A stretch of 64,000 bases of DNA, taken from the human T2T-CHM13v2.0 reference genome, Homo sapiens. Positions 43,296-58,475 of this stretch are shown piece by piece. The translations under genes and the position numbers were made by a program. Location of the stretch: the NCBI RefSeq assembly GCF_009914755.1, contig NC_060938.1; one strand, written 5' to 3'. How positions within the stretch are numbered: position 1 is the first letter of the stretch; every line of letters starts with the position of its first letter. Below the pieces are notes generated by a model. It was not told the origin of the DNA, did not search any database, and was given only the letters and a program-made list of their open reading frames with translations.

Positions 43296-46200
43296 GCATT
43301 TATAGATGTACATCCTTGTACACCCCTGTGAAAGCTTCTGGGGCTGGGACCCCTCATGGTGACTTGACGGGCCTTCATGATGGCCCTCTTTGACGCGACC
43401 ACATGTTGCCAGCTTCCCCTCCTGAGTATTTGTTCCGTGGACGCCCACCAGCGTACTGAGCGTTCCCATTTCTTCACACCCTCTCCATCATTTGCTGTTA
43501 GGGATTTTGATTTTTTGCCCCTCTGGTGGGTGTGAAATAGGATCTTATTGTTTTAATTTGCCTGCCCACTGGCGAGGCCAGGCCCTGTGCTCCATCCTGG
43601 GGGTGGTGTTTTATTTCCTTTCCCAGCTGGGTGCCCTAAAGAAGACAGAAACGTCAAAGTGCTATTTTTTGGCTTATGATGTCAATTTTTCAGGATTGAA
43701 GTGGCGAGCGTCCCACAGAGTTTATTGCAAACTATTATGAAGGTCTTGGAGTTACTGTTGGTATGACTCATTTATGAAAAAAATATGATTTCAGTAACTG
43801 CAGGCTGTATTTGTAATGTGATAGATTTTCATTTAATCTCTCACCTCTCTATAATTTGCCCAATTTAAAAATGCCCTGAAGCTTGCTTTCTCTTTGTCTG
43901 GGAGCCCTGTTCTTGGTATGTGTTATTACAATAATAGTAATAAGAAATTGTGCCAATATGTGTCTCTCTTCCAGCTCTTGCTGTCTCCTTGGTCATTTAA
44001 TTACTTCTGGTACTGATTTCCCCCAGCCTGATCTCCCCTGTTATAATAGCGTGTGCATGAAGCTTCTGTGGAGAATGCCACTGAGGATGGAAGCTGTCGG
44101 TGGTTGGCAGGCCCCAGTGTGGGCATACCTGGACCCACGGGCTGGCTGTGGGCTTCCTCCTTGGGCCACATAGCACCCAATTAGTCAGACACACCTTATT
44201 CCGATCGTACTGTGAGGTTGTAGAGGAAAGTCCCTTCAGATCCTGGCACAAAGGCTGGCATTGGGGAGTGTTTAGGAAACGTGTTGAACCAAATAATTCA
44301 AAATGTTCGGTTATTATAATTATCAAGGTAACCTGCTGACGTCACTCAAAAACATCTGGAAAATAGCCATGTCAGATCAAGAATTTTATGATGAATTTCC
44401 TCGAAAACGGAACTTTTGACTACTTTTAATTTAATCTGGTTCCATCTGAACACTCTGAACACTATTTGCAGCGTGCTGGAGAACATTATCTTCTCTGCTT
44501 CCCTCCTAAGGGGTGTTTGGATTCTTATCTGTGTTGAGAACCAGAGCCTGTGCTGCGGAAATGAGATCTTGTCTGTGCACTGAGTCAGCCCAGGTCTTTT
44601 GCAGGCACTCAGGAAGCAGCATCTACATCTTGAGGGGCTACTTTTCTGGATTGTGTGGGTGCAGCGTGTCCTGAAAACATCACTGGGCACTGCTGTCCAT
44701 ACCTTATGATGGGGCACGGGCCACTCCAGGAGTCTCAGGTGGCACAGCTGCCCAGGATGGGCTTGGTGCTGGTCCCAGGGAGGCAGATGACACGTGTTGC
44801 CCCTCAGAACAGTGGGGACAGCCAGGTGTGCCACAGGCCATCTCGCAGGGCCTCCCTGTACCAACCAGATTGGGTATAAACAAGGCATTCATTACCTGTT
44901 GTTTTAAGGGGAGGAAGGCACCACGGGCGAGGCCTCCCAGGCTGGCTGGGTGAGTGTTCCTGAGCCCAGGCACTTCGATGCCCACACTACTTCCAGGGAG
45001 CTGAGTTTCAGAGCCTGTGGCGTTTTCACACCATGTTCTAGGTGCCAGCAGAAGTCTAACAAGGAGCAGGGCATTAGCCTCTGTTTCCATGACAGACTGT
45101 TCACAGCCTCACAGTTTGCATCCCGTGTAAACAAACATCAGCACCTGTTATCCTAATTAAACCTCAGACCTTGTTTGCATGTTAAGAGTTAGCAGGACAA
45201 TCCTTTGCTACTGGGGACCTGCCACTGACCCCAGGGCTTTCTTGTATCAAGAGGAACAAAATGGCATGAGATTGGGACCTGGGAGCAGGCCCCACACCAG
45301 GTGTGACATGCCTGTGCTCAGCCAAGGGGTTTAACTGCCTGTGGAGTCTGGGGCCCAGGGCCCTGCTGCCTGTCCAGTGTTTGCGTGGGAATGTCTTGGG
45401 CCTGGGGATGTAGAGCCCAGGTTCTGGGACCAGCCCTTCCTGCCCTGGTGTCTTGGTTTCCTAGAATCTTGGTGCGATTCGGTGGTTAGGCTGATCTCAG
45501 GGTTCCTTTCAGCAGCAGTGGCAGCCGTGACCACCTACTATGGACCAGCTTCTGCCAGGCACCTTGTAGTCTAGCAGAGTAAGTTTGATCATTCCATTCC
45601 ACTGACAAGGAAACTCAGGCTCAACAAGGTGATGCCTTTCCCAGGACATGTGCTCCTGTTGCCCTGCCCCTCCTGGCATAATATCCCACTTCCTGCTTGG
45701 TGGCTCAGGCCTGTCAGTCACACAGCTCGTGGCTTCCCCATGAAGCATCTCTTGGGTCTGTCTGTTTCTCTCTTCATCCACACCTTCCTGGCCCAGGCTA
45801 CCATCATATCTTGCCAAGACAAGTGCAGCAGCCTCAGAAATGTTCTCCCCTGCCTCCCCTTCATGCCCCCAGGCAGCCAGGATTTTTCTAAAAACTGTGC
45901 ACCTGGGTGTGTCCCTTGCTGGCCCCATGGCCTGCAGGGCTCAGGATCAAGTTCCTCTTCCTTGATGTGGGTCCTGGGTCCTTGGAGGCTGGTTGTGTCA
46001 GCCCTTCTCCATCCTACCTCCCTTAATGTGCACATCCTGTCACCCCATGGGCCTAAGCTGTAACGGGGCAGGGCTGTCACTTGCACTGACTCATTCCAGT
46101 GCCCAGCACAGGGGTGGCACACACCCAGGAGTAGCTGTTGGGTGGATATACAAATGTTGCCATAGGTTGCAGAGCTAAAAATTAGGGAGGCTAGGATTTG

Positions 46201-49200
46201 GACCTACATTTGCTATATTCCAAAGCCCCTGCTCTTTCTACTCCTTCCCCTAGACTGTGAAATATGTTTGATGGGGAAAGATACCCGGGACAGAACCCGA
46301 CTTTTGCACGTTACAGTAGAGGTCCCTGGCAGCCCAGCTCTCCTAAACATGAAGCTCATCAGGCAGCACCGTCGGACGCTGATGGTGGGGGCTGGGCCCT
46401 GTGCTGACACAGGCTCAGCAGGCTGTTAATGAGGTCCTGACAAGCTTTCGTTTTGAAGGAGTTCTCAAAAATGACAGGTTTTATTTCAAGGGTCTTTGTT
46501 AATCTAATAGTTTTCCCTGGCTGAAATTTGTGGACTGTTTACCAAAGCTCTGGCATGTGATGACCTAGGGACAGAATTAAAGCAATTTCAGCTTGGTTTC
46601 AGGCACAGATATGCAGCCAGGGAAATCACCTGGGGCAAGCTGACCCTCAACATGAGGCAAGGGGTATTCAGTGGGGCCAGGGCGAGACCCTGGGCCTTGC
46701 GAGGACGCCGTCCTGACATTTCCACCCCAAATGGGATTTGCATAAGCCCAAATGAGTGCAGGGTTATTCTCCGCACGCCGTCATCGTGAATATGCATTCC
46801 ACAGCTTCACATGGGGTAGTTTAAAAAATTAATAGATATGTCCTTTATTTCTCTCTCTACAAGCCAAAGCTTGGAATTAATTTTTTCTGGCCCACTAACT
46901 CTTGTGGTTAAAAGTACAAATTAAGTTTTCTGGGAGAATCCATCACAAAATTATTGAAAAGTCAGTGTAGAGAAGATAATGGGCTCTGTATTGGGTTATG
47001 TCTGTAGGGTTATTGTTTTCTGCAATTACACTTTTCTTTGTTTTTCTTTTTTTGTGCTTTGGGAAATCAACCTGAGAATGGGCTTCCAACTCGGAAGAGT
47101 TATTGGCTACTTTTCCCAAATGGGATTGCCCTTCCAAAGAACTGTGGGCATCTGTTTGACAACAAGTTATAAATTTGTATTCCAAGTTCTCTGAAGAAAG
47201 CATGAATCTTCGACAATGGCACTGTGGCACTGTATTTCAGGCAGGCGTGCAGAGCTGTCAAAAGTCAATAAAGTACTCAGACGCCTGCGTGCGCCCAGCC
47301 CACATTTGTCAAGTGTTCTCCGCGTATTTTGCGCAGGATTGGAAGGCGGATTAGAGCCGAGTTCTCCAGAGCTCTTCACTCTACCCCTTCCCTGAGCCCC
47401 ACAGCTATCCTAGAATGGGATCTGTTGGAGCCTCTGGAGCAAGTTTCCTGGTCCCAGAGTCCGGCTATCCATCTTTCCCATGGAAGAGGAAGACTGCTGC
47501 CCCCCAGCCCCACCCCATTTACTGAGAACCTGCTAGGTGCCAGGCATTGTGCAAGGCAACCGGGCACAGAGAAACAAAAGATACGCCCCTGCCCCAGCAA
47601 TGCCGCCTGGTATGGGTGCTGCCCTGCCATTAGCTATCCCAGCCCTAGGAAACTGCCAGCTGGGGTCCAGTGTCTATTACTTGTGTGGTGGTTTCTCTAG
47701 TGGCAGCTAGTGAAATCTCAGGCAGAGGGGTTTCATACATGAGCTGATCACTCGGGGGCTTGCTTAAAACCCTTCAGCAACTCCCCCTTGGTCTCCAGAT
47801 AAAAGCCCGGTCCATCAATGTGTCTTCCAAGGCCTTCTGGAACCTGTCCCTGCCACCTTGGGGCCCTCCTCCTCCTCCTCTCTGCTGCTCTGGCTATGTG
47901 GAGCCGTGCTGTCCTTCACCCTGCCTGGCCAGCCTTCACCTGTGCCTGTCCTCTGCCTGGGACATTCCTTCCTCCTACTCTCTTCTTCAGCTTCATCCTT
48001 CCTGACTTTGTGAGACAGCCCTTTTCCCACGAAGCCCTCCATGCCCCCCAGCTGCATTAGATGCATCCACCAGTGTGCTCCCACTGCCTCTCAGTCTCCT
48101 CTCTTGCAGCACTTATCTGTCCCGCTCCAAATGTATCCCGTTCACCATGGGGCAGGGGCCTGTGTGTCTTGCTCACTGCATTGTATCCCCAGCTTGATCA
48201 CAGTCAGCAGGGTGCAGTAGGCACTTTGAAACATTTGCAAAGTGACACACGGTGCCTTGGAGGAAGGTGCCATCTCTGTGAGGCAGGAGTCCTGGTGCCG
48301 AGTAGGTGCGGGCCTTGGAGGCCACCAGTGTGCTAATGGCAGGTGTCCAGGCAGGAGCCGGGGGTGACGTGTGGGTGAAGGATGTGCTGTGGGGTCCCGT
48401 CATCACTTGCTTTATTAAGCTGGTTGTATCACTTGACATCTTTCACCACTGAAGGAAATAGAGCTTGTTTTAAGGTACAAATTCAGGGGTGTCTGGGCTG
48501 TGAGAGAAATAGCTTCTGGCAGGAGTGCTGGGTTGATGGGCACCTTTGCCACCACCCCACCCATTGCCCAGGCAGGGACAGGAGGCCAGAGCTGGGGAGG
48601 GGCTGGAGCCCTGGCCTCCTGGCTCTCAGTGGCTCTCAGTGTCAGGAGATGACTCCCTCTGCACCCCTGCTGTTTCTCCTGGTGATGTGGTGCTGGAGTG
48701 GGTTTCTCTGGCCAGGACAGCCAGTGGAGGCCTTGCAGCGACTGCCGTGCCCTCAGGCTGAGGCTCCTTCTACGAGGCTGGAAGCCTTTTCCTCCTGAGA
48801 CCCTAACACGCTCCCTTTCCTTTCCTTTTTGAGGGAAGCCAGGTTCCCTGCAGCAGGGCCTCATCACAGTTCCCCCTGGAGCATTCACGCAAGGTCACTT
48901 TTCCCATCTGAGGAAACGTTTGTCGTGTGCTCCGACCGAAGCGTTGGCACTGACCCGTCTAGAATTCTGTGTGCGGAGTGGAGGTGAGATGCTGAGGCTG
49001 TGCCTCAGCCTATCTTGGGTCCCCCTCTGCCTACAGGCAGTGAGTGTGGCCTGGGAGGCAGGTGGCCCTGTGGGGTGACTGAGCTGGGCGTTGTCCTTTC
49101 CTCTTCCTGGTGTGTGTAGCGAGCCTGGTCAGAGCATGGCGTCTGGAGTCAGGCGGCCTGGCTACGGGTCTTGGGTCTGCCACTCACCAGCCTGGTGTGG

Positions 49201-50355
49201 GCAGCCATTTTAGCCTTTCTGGGCCTCAGCGTCCTCCTCTGTGGATGGGGGACAGTGCCTGAGCGCCGGGGGCTGCACATGGTGCCTGTCTCTCTGCGTT
49301 CTTAGTGGAGGTGGCCCCTGTGGTGGTCCCTGTTGATGCCGACCTGCTAGCCTGCTCCATGCTGTCCAGGAGAGTACTGGGGCCTTGCCAGCGGAGCCCC
49401 CTCTTCCCTGGTCTTATCCCTCGGAGGTGCTCTGCTGAGAGCTGCCCCTGTGAGGAGCCATTTCACTTCTTTCTTCAAGTGGATGTATTTTTGAACATTT
49501 GATACCTTCTTTCAAAAGTGCTGTACCTTCGCTTTTATTCTACTTTGAATGTAATTTAGTTGCACATTCATATTTAAAATCTCATATGAATTAATTTCAT
49601 GAAATTGGTTTGTTTTTCTTCTTCCATTTCATGAAGCAATATCACTCAAGCTCCTCTTGCGTCTTTGGCACCAGAGGCGTCATCCCCCGAGCCACTCTGA
49701 GTCATCTAATATGGTTTCCCGAGCGTGTCAGCTTCACTTCACATAAGTCATTTCAGATCCTGCACTTATTGAATCAGTGCATACTGCTGTCACTGGGAAG
49801 TTTCCACTGTGCCGTAGATACTCGTTTGTAACATTTTAGAACATTTTCTTCCATTTGGCACTTTGTGTTTTGTCCCCCGGGTTTTGATCTAGGCTGCAGA
49901 ACAGGACCTGTCCTGACTCCGTGCTCAAAGTGCTGAGTGACCCTGTGCTCCACTGAAGTTGCTCCATCCACCTTCTAGAACTCTGACGCCAGCTTGTCAT
50001 CAGCTTCTCGTTTCCTTGGGAGATGGGGTGGTGCAGCAGAGGCCAGCCTGCCGTGGGGAGGTGGGCTGTGTGTGCTCCCATCCCTATGAGGCTAACAGGA
50101 GACTTACCTATAAGCAGGCATGCAGGACCTGGAGTGAAAGAAAGAGGAGAAGAAGTTGCCTCCTTGGGCCAAGGGGCTAAGGTGGCTCAGGATATGTCTG
50201 TTCATCTTATATCGGAGCCCACTGTTCATCTGCCCTGAGGCCTTTAATCACCAAGACCCCAGTGGCTGGGGGAAGGCCTAGGCAGTCCTATACATACAGC
50301 TTCTGAGAACGTCAGAAAATCAAGGATTCAACCCCATAATATAGGTGACACTGCT

Positions 50356-50784
50356 TGTCTTAGTCTGCTTGGACTGCCATAACAAAATACCCTAGACTGA
50401 GTGGCCCACACAATAGATAGTTTATATTCTCCCAGTTCTGTAGACTGGAAGTCCAAGGTCCAGGATCAGCCAGCAGCATTGGTGTCAGGTGTGGGCTTTC
50501 CCCTTGGGTTGCACACAGCCACCTTCTCCACTATGTGCACACATGGCCTTTCCTTGGTGTGTGCGTGCTGCTGGGGTGGGGCGGTGGGGGCAGGGAATTG
50601 GGGCAGGGAGAGAGAGGGCTCTTATGTCTCTTCCTGTAAAGATAGTAATCCTGTTGAATCAGGGCCTAACTTATATGACCTCATTTAGCCTTCCTTCCTT
50701 CCTTAGAAGTCCCATCTCCAAGTGCAGCCACCTGGGGAGTTAGGGCTTCAACATATGAATTTTGGGGAAGACACATCCATGACA
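50356..50784 (-). mobile_element. MaLR solo LTR (MLT1A-like)
   Basis: tgtcttagtc...tgccataacaaaatacc...ctggaagtccaag...atgacctcattta...ttagggcttcaacatatgaattttt gggg. Confidence 0.8.
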
Positions 50785-50917
50785 CCCCTAGTATGCTGCC
50801 TGACACATGGCAAGTGCTCAATGAATGTTTGTTATATTTGAATCTGAAAGGTTCCAGAAAGATGAGATGGACTTGGCCCCAGAGGCTCTAGGCAAATCTT
50901 GCAGACCAAGGGGGCCT

Positions 50918-50918
<1 letters not shown>

Positions 50919-50954
<36 letters not shown>
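50919..50954 (+). repeat. (GT)18 microsatellite
   Basis: Read directly from the sequence. Confidence 0.97.
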
Positions 50955-50955
<1 letters not shown>

Positions 50956-52286
50956 CCCGGGAAGGCACATCCTAAGCTTGGCCTGCTGGCTCTGGCTGGT
51001 ATGTTGGGTATAGACTGGAGATGAGCTCCACCTCTGCCCAGCCAGTCAGAGTCACCTCCGGACCTCCTGCTTCCTGATCTCCTCAGCCCTTTGGGGAAAT
51101 GGAGGAATTGTGACATTTGCCCTAGGTGATGGGGTGCTGCTACTGGGGCCATATACCATGAAGCCGAAATTCCTAGTCTGTTTATTCATAATAATACCTT
51201 ATAGCTGAGTAATGAAAGCTGCATGAGAGCAAGGAGAGTGTTTTATCATCAGCACGTCAGATGGCGCCTGGCACAAAGTAGGTGCTCACTCATTGGGTGT
51301 TGGATTTAATTAAAATAACGGCTAGTCTTGATGTGCAAAATGGCTTCATGTACTGATAACCTCGTACCTTATGCCAGGCAGGACTGTGGTCCCTGTTTGC
51401 AGATGAGGACACTGAGGCACAGTGGGAACCAGCGGCTGTTATAGGTGACCCAGTGAGGGAGGCTGCATCTCGATAGGCTGTGGGGAAGGGATGGTGGAGA
51501 TGCAGGAAGCCCATGCTGACGTGCGGAGTGGGCCTGCACAGATGAGGCTTGCTTCGTGCTCCCCAGCCTGGCAACGTGGACATTTCTGGCTGTCGAGAAG
51601 GGGCCTAAGAGGTGCCCACTCCCCTCCTTGTGGGTCATTTCATCCACCAACTCCTGCGGTGCCAGAGGTGTCCTCTGGCCTCAGCCTGCAGGAATAAATC
51701 GCTGGTGAAGGGCTTCCTTCTGGCCTCATCGTTGGCTTCTATGTGGCCGGCCTTCAGTAGGTGTTTCCTGAGTGAGTCGATGGAAGGACACATTAACCAC
51801 ACTTACAGATTGAAATCAATGCCCTTTCTGCTCAGCTAGCTAATCTATCACTCTCTTTGGCCCCTGACATTTATTATGAAGTGTGTTCTTATTTTATTAG
51901 TATGGCTAATTAATGGATGACATTAAAATATTGACATGAATTGATTTGAGTATCTGTATCCTTGGAGCTTCAGTTAATAAAATAACTTTTGATAAGACTA
52001 GTGGTTTTAGAACATTGAGACTTAATTATATTTTCTAAAGGATTTCTCTAGAATCATATAACTGCTTGGCAAGGTACTTTAATTCCCTAGTTAACCGAAA
52101 GAAATTGGTTTTTCGTTTGATTTTGCTAAATACAAATTAAAAGTAATATACATTTGATAAAAGCAGTTAAAGGATTATTTATAAAAGCCTCCTTCTTTAT
52201 ATATTCGGAAATAATCCATAAGAACTGAATTAATATTGAGGATGATATGCAGAGAATATGACAGTTGGAGAGCCTGTTTGGCCTAG

Positions 52287-52785
<499 letters not shown>

Positions 52786-53528
52786 TAATTTCTTTTGCCA
52801 TTCTTCCTCAAAGATGAGTGCCTTTCTTCCTTGGGTTTCTTCTGTGCAGTTGATGTGTTACACTTGTACATCCCAGTTTCAGCATCAGCAAGTTGTGAAT
52901 TATGACAATGGTTGAAATAGGAGCACTAAGGAGAATTCAGGTGTTTCATTCTCATCTTACTTAGGTTAGGAAGTCTGCCAAAGCTAGCAATTTGAAAAGA
53001 AAGAAAATAAACAAAATGAAAGGAAAGGAAGATATCTTGCAGAAACACTCACTATAAAAATATAATAAGTCAATGGGTATTATCCCACTTGTAAGAGAGT
53101 CAACTCCTTTCATTCGTTATTTTTAGAAAGCTTACTGTCACGATGCCTGAATCTTCCAAAAATGTAGCATGCTGAAAGATACCTTGCAAATAACTCCATC
53201 AAGTTCACTAGCCTACAAAAAATCCATCTTCTCACCTTTCTTCCCCTTTTAAAAAATGTTGATGTAATTTCAGGCTTACGGAAGAGTTGCAAGAACAGTA
53301 TCAAGAATCCCCAGACACCCTTCACCCAGTTTCTCCAAATGTTAACATCATTTTATAACCCATTCCACATATATAAGCATGCATATATACATATTTTTTG
53401 GTACCATATAAGAGTAAGACTGATAGTCCTTTACTCCCAAATATTTCAGTGTGTGTTTCCTAAAACAAGAAATTCTCTTATATAGTCACAGTGTAATCAT
53501 CAACATCAGGAAAATAACATTGAAGCAC

Positions 53529-53868
53529 TAGTCATGTGTTGCTTAACAATGGAGATATGTTCTGAGAAATGCGTTGTTAGACAGTGTTGTGGTGGGAACA
53601 CCATATAGTGTACCTACATGAACCTAGATGGTACAGCCTACTACACACCCAGGCTATATGGTATAACCCATTGCTCCTAGGCTACACAGCTGTACAGCAT
53701 GTGGCTGTGCTGAATACTGTAGGCAATTGGAACACAATGGGGCATTTGTGTATCTACACATATCTGAACTTAGAAGAGGTACAGTAAAAATACAGTCTAA
53801 TCTTATGGGACCACTGCCGTGCATGTGGATCGTCATTGACTGAAATGTTGTTATGCAGCACATGACTG
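53529..53868 (+). mobile_element. Tigger3a/MER7A (TcMar-Tigger) DNA transposon
   Basis: TIRs agtcatgtgttgcttaacaa / gttgttatgcagcacatgactg followed by TA; internal cctagatggtacagcctactacacacc. Confidence 0.85.
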
Positions 53869-54681
53869 TATTATCTACTGTACATACCTTATTGATATTT
53901 TGTCAACTGTCCCAAAAATATCCTTTATAGCAAAAGAGAATTCATGGTCATGTGTTCCCTTCATCATTCTATCTCTTTAGTCTCCGTTAGTTTGAAACAG
54001 TTCCTCAGTTTCACAACACTCACATTTAGAGTACAAGCCAGTTATTTTATAGACCTTCAATGTAGGTCTGTCTAGTCTTTCCTTGTGATTAGGTTCAGGT
54101 GATGCCCTTTGGCAGGAGTGTTCCGGGTGATGCTGTGTTTCTCAGTGCTTCCTACCAGGAGGCACATGTTGGTTAGTCCTGTTGCTGGCAGTGTTAACTT
54201 TGATCACTTGGCTAAGATGCCAGGTTTCTTCAGTGTAGTTAATATTTTGCCTTTTGCAATTAAAAAATATAATATGGAGAGGCACTTTGAGACAACATAA
54301 GTATCCTGTTATTCCTCAACCTCTCATCAACTCGTTTTAGCATCCATCCATGATTCTTACCTGAGTCAGTCCCTATGATCACGCTTGTCACGTGGGGATT
54401 TCTCATCCTAACTAGAAAGAAGAGTTTTCATTCCCCCCCCATTAGTCTGTTTATTTTGTATCCATGTGGACTCATGGACTCCTAGTTTCTTAGTTTAACA
54501 GTAAGTTATAATAATACATTTTTATCATTTGATAAGAGAAATCTCTTCACGCTAGCTGCTGTCTCCATATTCTTTGAACATGACTTGACTTTTTGGCACA
54601 GCAAGATATTCTGGGCTCACTTATTCTTTTCCTGCCCCAGTCCTAGAATCAGCCATCTCCAAGGAGCTCTGGTTCCTTTTA

Positions 54682-54900
<219 letters not shown>

Positions 54901-56413
54901 TCATTGCTTCATTGCTACTGGGGGTCACTGCTTCTCAGAAGACAGATCTTGGCGATAGATGTCTGCCTATACATGCACACATGCCTCTATTCAGTTATTT
55001 CCAGGAGAACCTGTGAGTTTACACTGATGTCTCTAATCCTGATCTAGTGCTGTGGGGTTCATTCTGCCCTTTTCCATTTCCATATTTGTCACTCCCCCCT
55101 CCAACAGTGAAACCTGGCTTCCTGGTTTTCACAATGTATTTATGTATTTGCTCAATTCTAGAATGTCAGAAAGTAGTTTCAAAATTGCTAACTTCTGCAA
55201 AAAGAGGTCTAGTGATCAGAATTCAGTATTAGAGCTCTTTTCGACTTCAGACTGAGAGCATATAGTCCACATTTCAGGTGTTTCTTGGGTTTGTTCCCTG
55301 CTGCCCCCTTTCAGTGTGGTTATGTTATTCATTTGAAATACAATTTGGTTCCTTTGTTTCTCTTTGTATTCTATTTGAGAGATTTCCCCAATCTTAGGGA
55401 TTTTCTCTTCCCTCCCTTTTGTGTGAACCACGGACATTTCCAAAAGGCAGGTCTGTACAAAAAGTTCTATTCAGAGAGGTGCTCCCCCTCCTTTCCACTC
55501 CAATCCCTTTTTCCTCTCTACCCAGCTCCCACCCTGCCCTGTAGGGAACCAGTCTCATTAGTCTGTGTTTTTTCCTTCTATGTTTCTTTTTGCTTTAATG
55601 AGTAGTTTCTTATTCCGCTCTTTTTCTTCATAAAAAGTAGAATATTCTGAATCCTCTTTCACAGTTTGCTGTTTCTCATTTAACTGTGCGCCTGAGCAGG
55701 CTACATTAGTCCTGAGGGGTCCCTGATCCTTCCTTCTGCTCCTGAGGGGTCTGTTGTGGTCTCCATTTTGGCTGTTATGTAGGTGCATGAGAACTGTGCA
55801 GTGTGCGTCTAGGTGCTAATGACAGCACAGCCCCCACCAGGCGTTGTGTCTTTTCCACCTGACTCTGGAAGAGTGGTAATGTGGGCAGAGGAGGAAACTG
55901 AGGCTCAAAGTAGTCCCATGACCACACGTCACACAGATGTGAGCTGGTCCTAGAGGTTGAGGCCAGACTGTCTGGTGCCAGAACTGAAACTTGTGAATGA
56001 CGGGTGTACTTGCTCCTCCTGCTGGGGTTCATTGCATGCCTGAGATGCCAAGAGCAGGGCTCGCATCACCCTGGGTGCTAAGGAAAAAGGCCCCAGGGAG
56101 GGAAGGATAACCCAGGAGAAAGGAGGAGCTATTCCCCTTATAATTGCTTTCCTTATCATTCTTTTAAAATTTGTTGTGTGTACATGTTTTGTAATGAGTA
56201 TAACACATCAATAGAATAGGGTTTATGTACTCAAAGTTGTGTGCTCAGAAAAATTTTTAAAAATGATAGTGATATGTGATCAAAAAAGTTTGGAGATCAC
56301 GGAAAGAGAAGCTCACTCAGCTGTCTTGAAGTGGAGAGAGCCCTGGCCTGGCCTTAACATCCAGAGATGAGGGCTTGTGATCCCACCTGCTCCTGCTATG
56401 GGGGCAACAAGAC

Positions 56414-56457
56414 ATTCATTCACTCAATCATTCGTTCATTCATTCATTCATTCATTC
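56414..56457 (+). repeat. (ATTC)n imperfect repeat, probably the tail of an antisense L2
   Basis: attcattcactcaatcattcgttcattcattcattcattcattc. Confidence 0.75.
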
Positions 56458-58402
56458 AGTATGGCTGAGCGGTGAGGTTAACACAGTGAGCAGGAAGGTG
56501 CTGTCCTGACTTCAGAGAGCATCTGCAAGTCCAGATGGGGATCTTCATGGCTGGAAGGACAGTGAGGCCTGTCAGGGAAGGACACAGTGCTGTGGATCAC
56601 CTAGGAGGGGCTTGTAAGTGAGGTTTGGGGGTTAGATGTGACTTCCAGGGAGAAGAGTGACGCCTAAGTGTGTATGAGAGTCCTCTGGTGTGAGGCTTGG
56701 AGAGGAGGGAGTGTAGCTGCTGGCCAGCACCGTGGAAGAGTTGACTCTGAGCAAATCATTAATCTTTTTGGGCCTTAATTGTCTTCTCTGTAATGGGGAA
56801 GGATAGTACCACTGGCCTCTCCAGCAAGTTCTTTGCATCTGCTGAGGCCAGATTCAGGTGTCAAATTCTCAGCTCTGCTGTTGACTAGCCATGTGTCTTT
56901 GGGATGTGTTATGTCTGGAGCTTTGCTAACAAAGCTTTCTCACCTTATCTCATTGAGTCCTCCCATCCAGCATTTTCCATATGAGTGCTTTGAGTTTCAG
57001 AGAAGTGAAGCGCTTATGGAGGGTCCCACAAGCAGTGGGAGCCGGGACGCAGGGCTGACTACTACACCTGGGCCCGCCTTTTCACCACAGACTGTGTGTG
57101 CTTGTCATACTTAGACTTTGCTTGTACTTGGGAAAGGAGTTCAGTTTGCTTTAATGTCACTTTAATGCTTTTTAGAATTCATTTCCTTTGTTTATTTTGC
57201 AGCGGTATAATTTGCAATGAAATAGTTTCACATTGAGCTTACATGTTTTGATGGCATCTTAATGTTGGCTCCATGGATTTGCAGCCAGATACTTTTGTCA
57301 TTCTAACTTTCCTATATGATGGCACTATGTGGCAGTGTGGCCATGAACTATGGCCTGGGTTTCCCTTTAGGCCGGCCAGGTAGCCTCTGAGTCAGGTGTT
57401 CGGTGTCTCTTGGGTCGTGGAGGACTCTGCACACTGGGGACAAGTGTCCTGTGTGTCAGTCTCCTGTGTAGCTTGGTTTTACTTTGCCATGTCATTGGGT
57501 CCTTCCTGGGGTTGGGTTTCACCTAGGAACATCTGGCTGGGCATCATATGTGCAGAAGAGAGCGTCTCTTCGCTCTCGCCCCCTGAGCTGTGGAGGGTAC
57601 ATGCGCACCCCAGAAGCAAAAGCTCTGGCTCCCAGAGGGCCTTGGTTTGCTAGGTTGGCCCTGCTTTCAGTTGCTGTCCTTGTGCCACAGCATATGCTGA
57701 GCCATCTGTTCTGCCTTTTTGTTTTGGAAAATGTGGCACAACAGTTAGAGTCTTGCCTAGAAGAGCACTGAAGGCCTTTTAGCACTGGGGCTGTGCCTTA
57801 GCCATTTGGGTCCCTTCAGTGCTTGGTGAGGGGCTGGAGCTGGAGTAAGGGCCTGGTACTTGTGTGTTGAATGCTTGTATGCATGTTTGATTATTGTGGC
57901 TGAGGGCTCAGGAGAGTGGCAGGAAAGGAGGAGGTGGAGCCCAGAGCAGGGACTTCTTTCCAGGGCCCAACCCACACGTTGGTCTTGCTCCTGGAAGAGC
58001 ACCTGCCTGTAGAAAGCAGGTCCCTTCTGCCCAGCCCCCCACGGCCCAGCCTTAGCCCCATCCTCTCCTCAAGAGACCCCACAGCTTGGCTTTAGCAAGA
58101 CCCAGACCCATATCTGAGATTCCAGTCTGAGCCCGCTGAGTGTTGAGTCTCACTGTTTCAGCTCTTGGGTTTCAGTGCCCAAGAAGTGGTACTATAGTGG
58201 CATAAAAAAGCCACCCGAAGCTGGGCTCATACCTTAGCTTTGGCACTTACTAGCTGTGTGGCCTTGGGCAAGGTGGGTTGCTTAACTTCTGGCAGCCTTG
58301 ATTTCCTTACTGTGAAGCAGAGACATACCTCTAAGCAGAGAGTGGTTGTAGGGATTTGGGATGACATGTGTCCAGCACCCAGACACTTGGGCATTGGTTG
58401 CC

Positions 58403-58475
58403 ATTATTATTATTAGTATTATTACTAGTATTATTAGTATTAGTAGTATTACTGTTACTGCTACTGATGTTACTG
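58403..58475 (+). repeat. (ATT/AGT/ACT)n degenerate trinucleotide repeat at a MIR 3' end
   Basis: attattattattagtattattactagtattattagtattagtagtattactgttactgctactg. Confidence 0.8.

Noticed and set aside
49593-49606. Perfect 14-bp palindrome AATTTCATGAAATT
   Set aside because: Expected by chance in 64 kb containing AT-rich segments.
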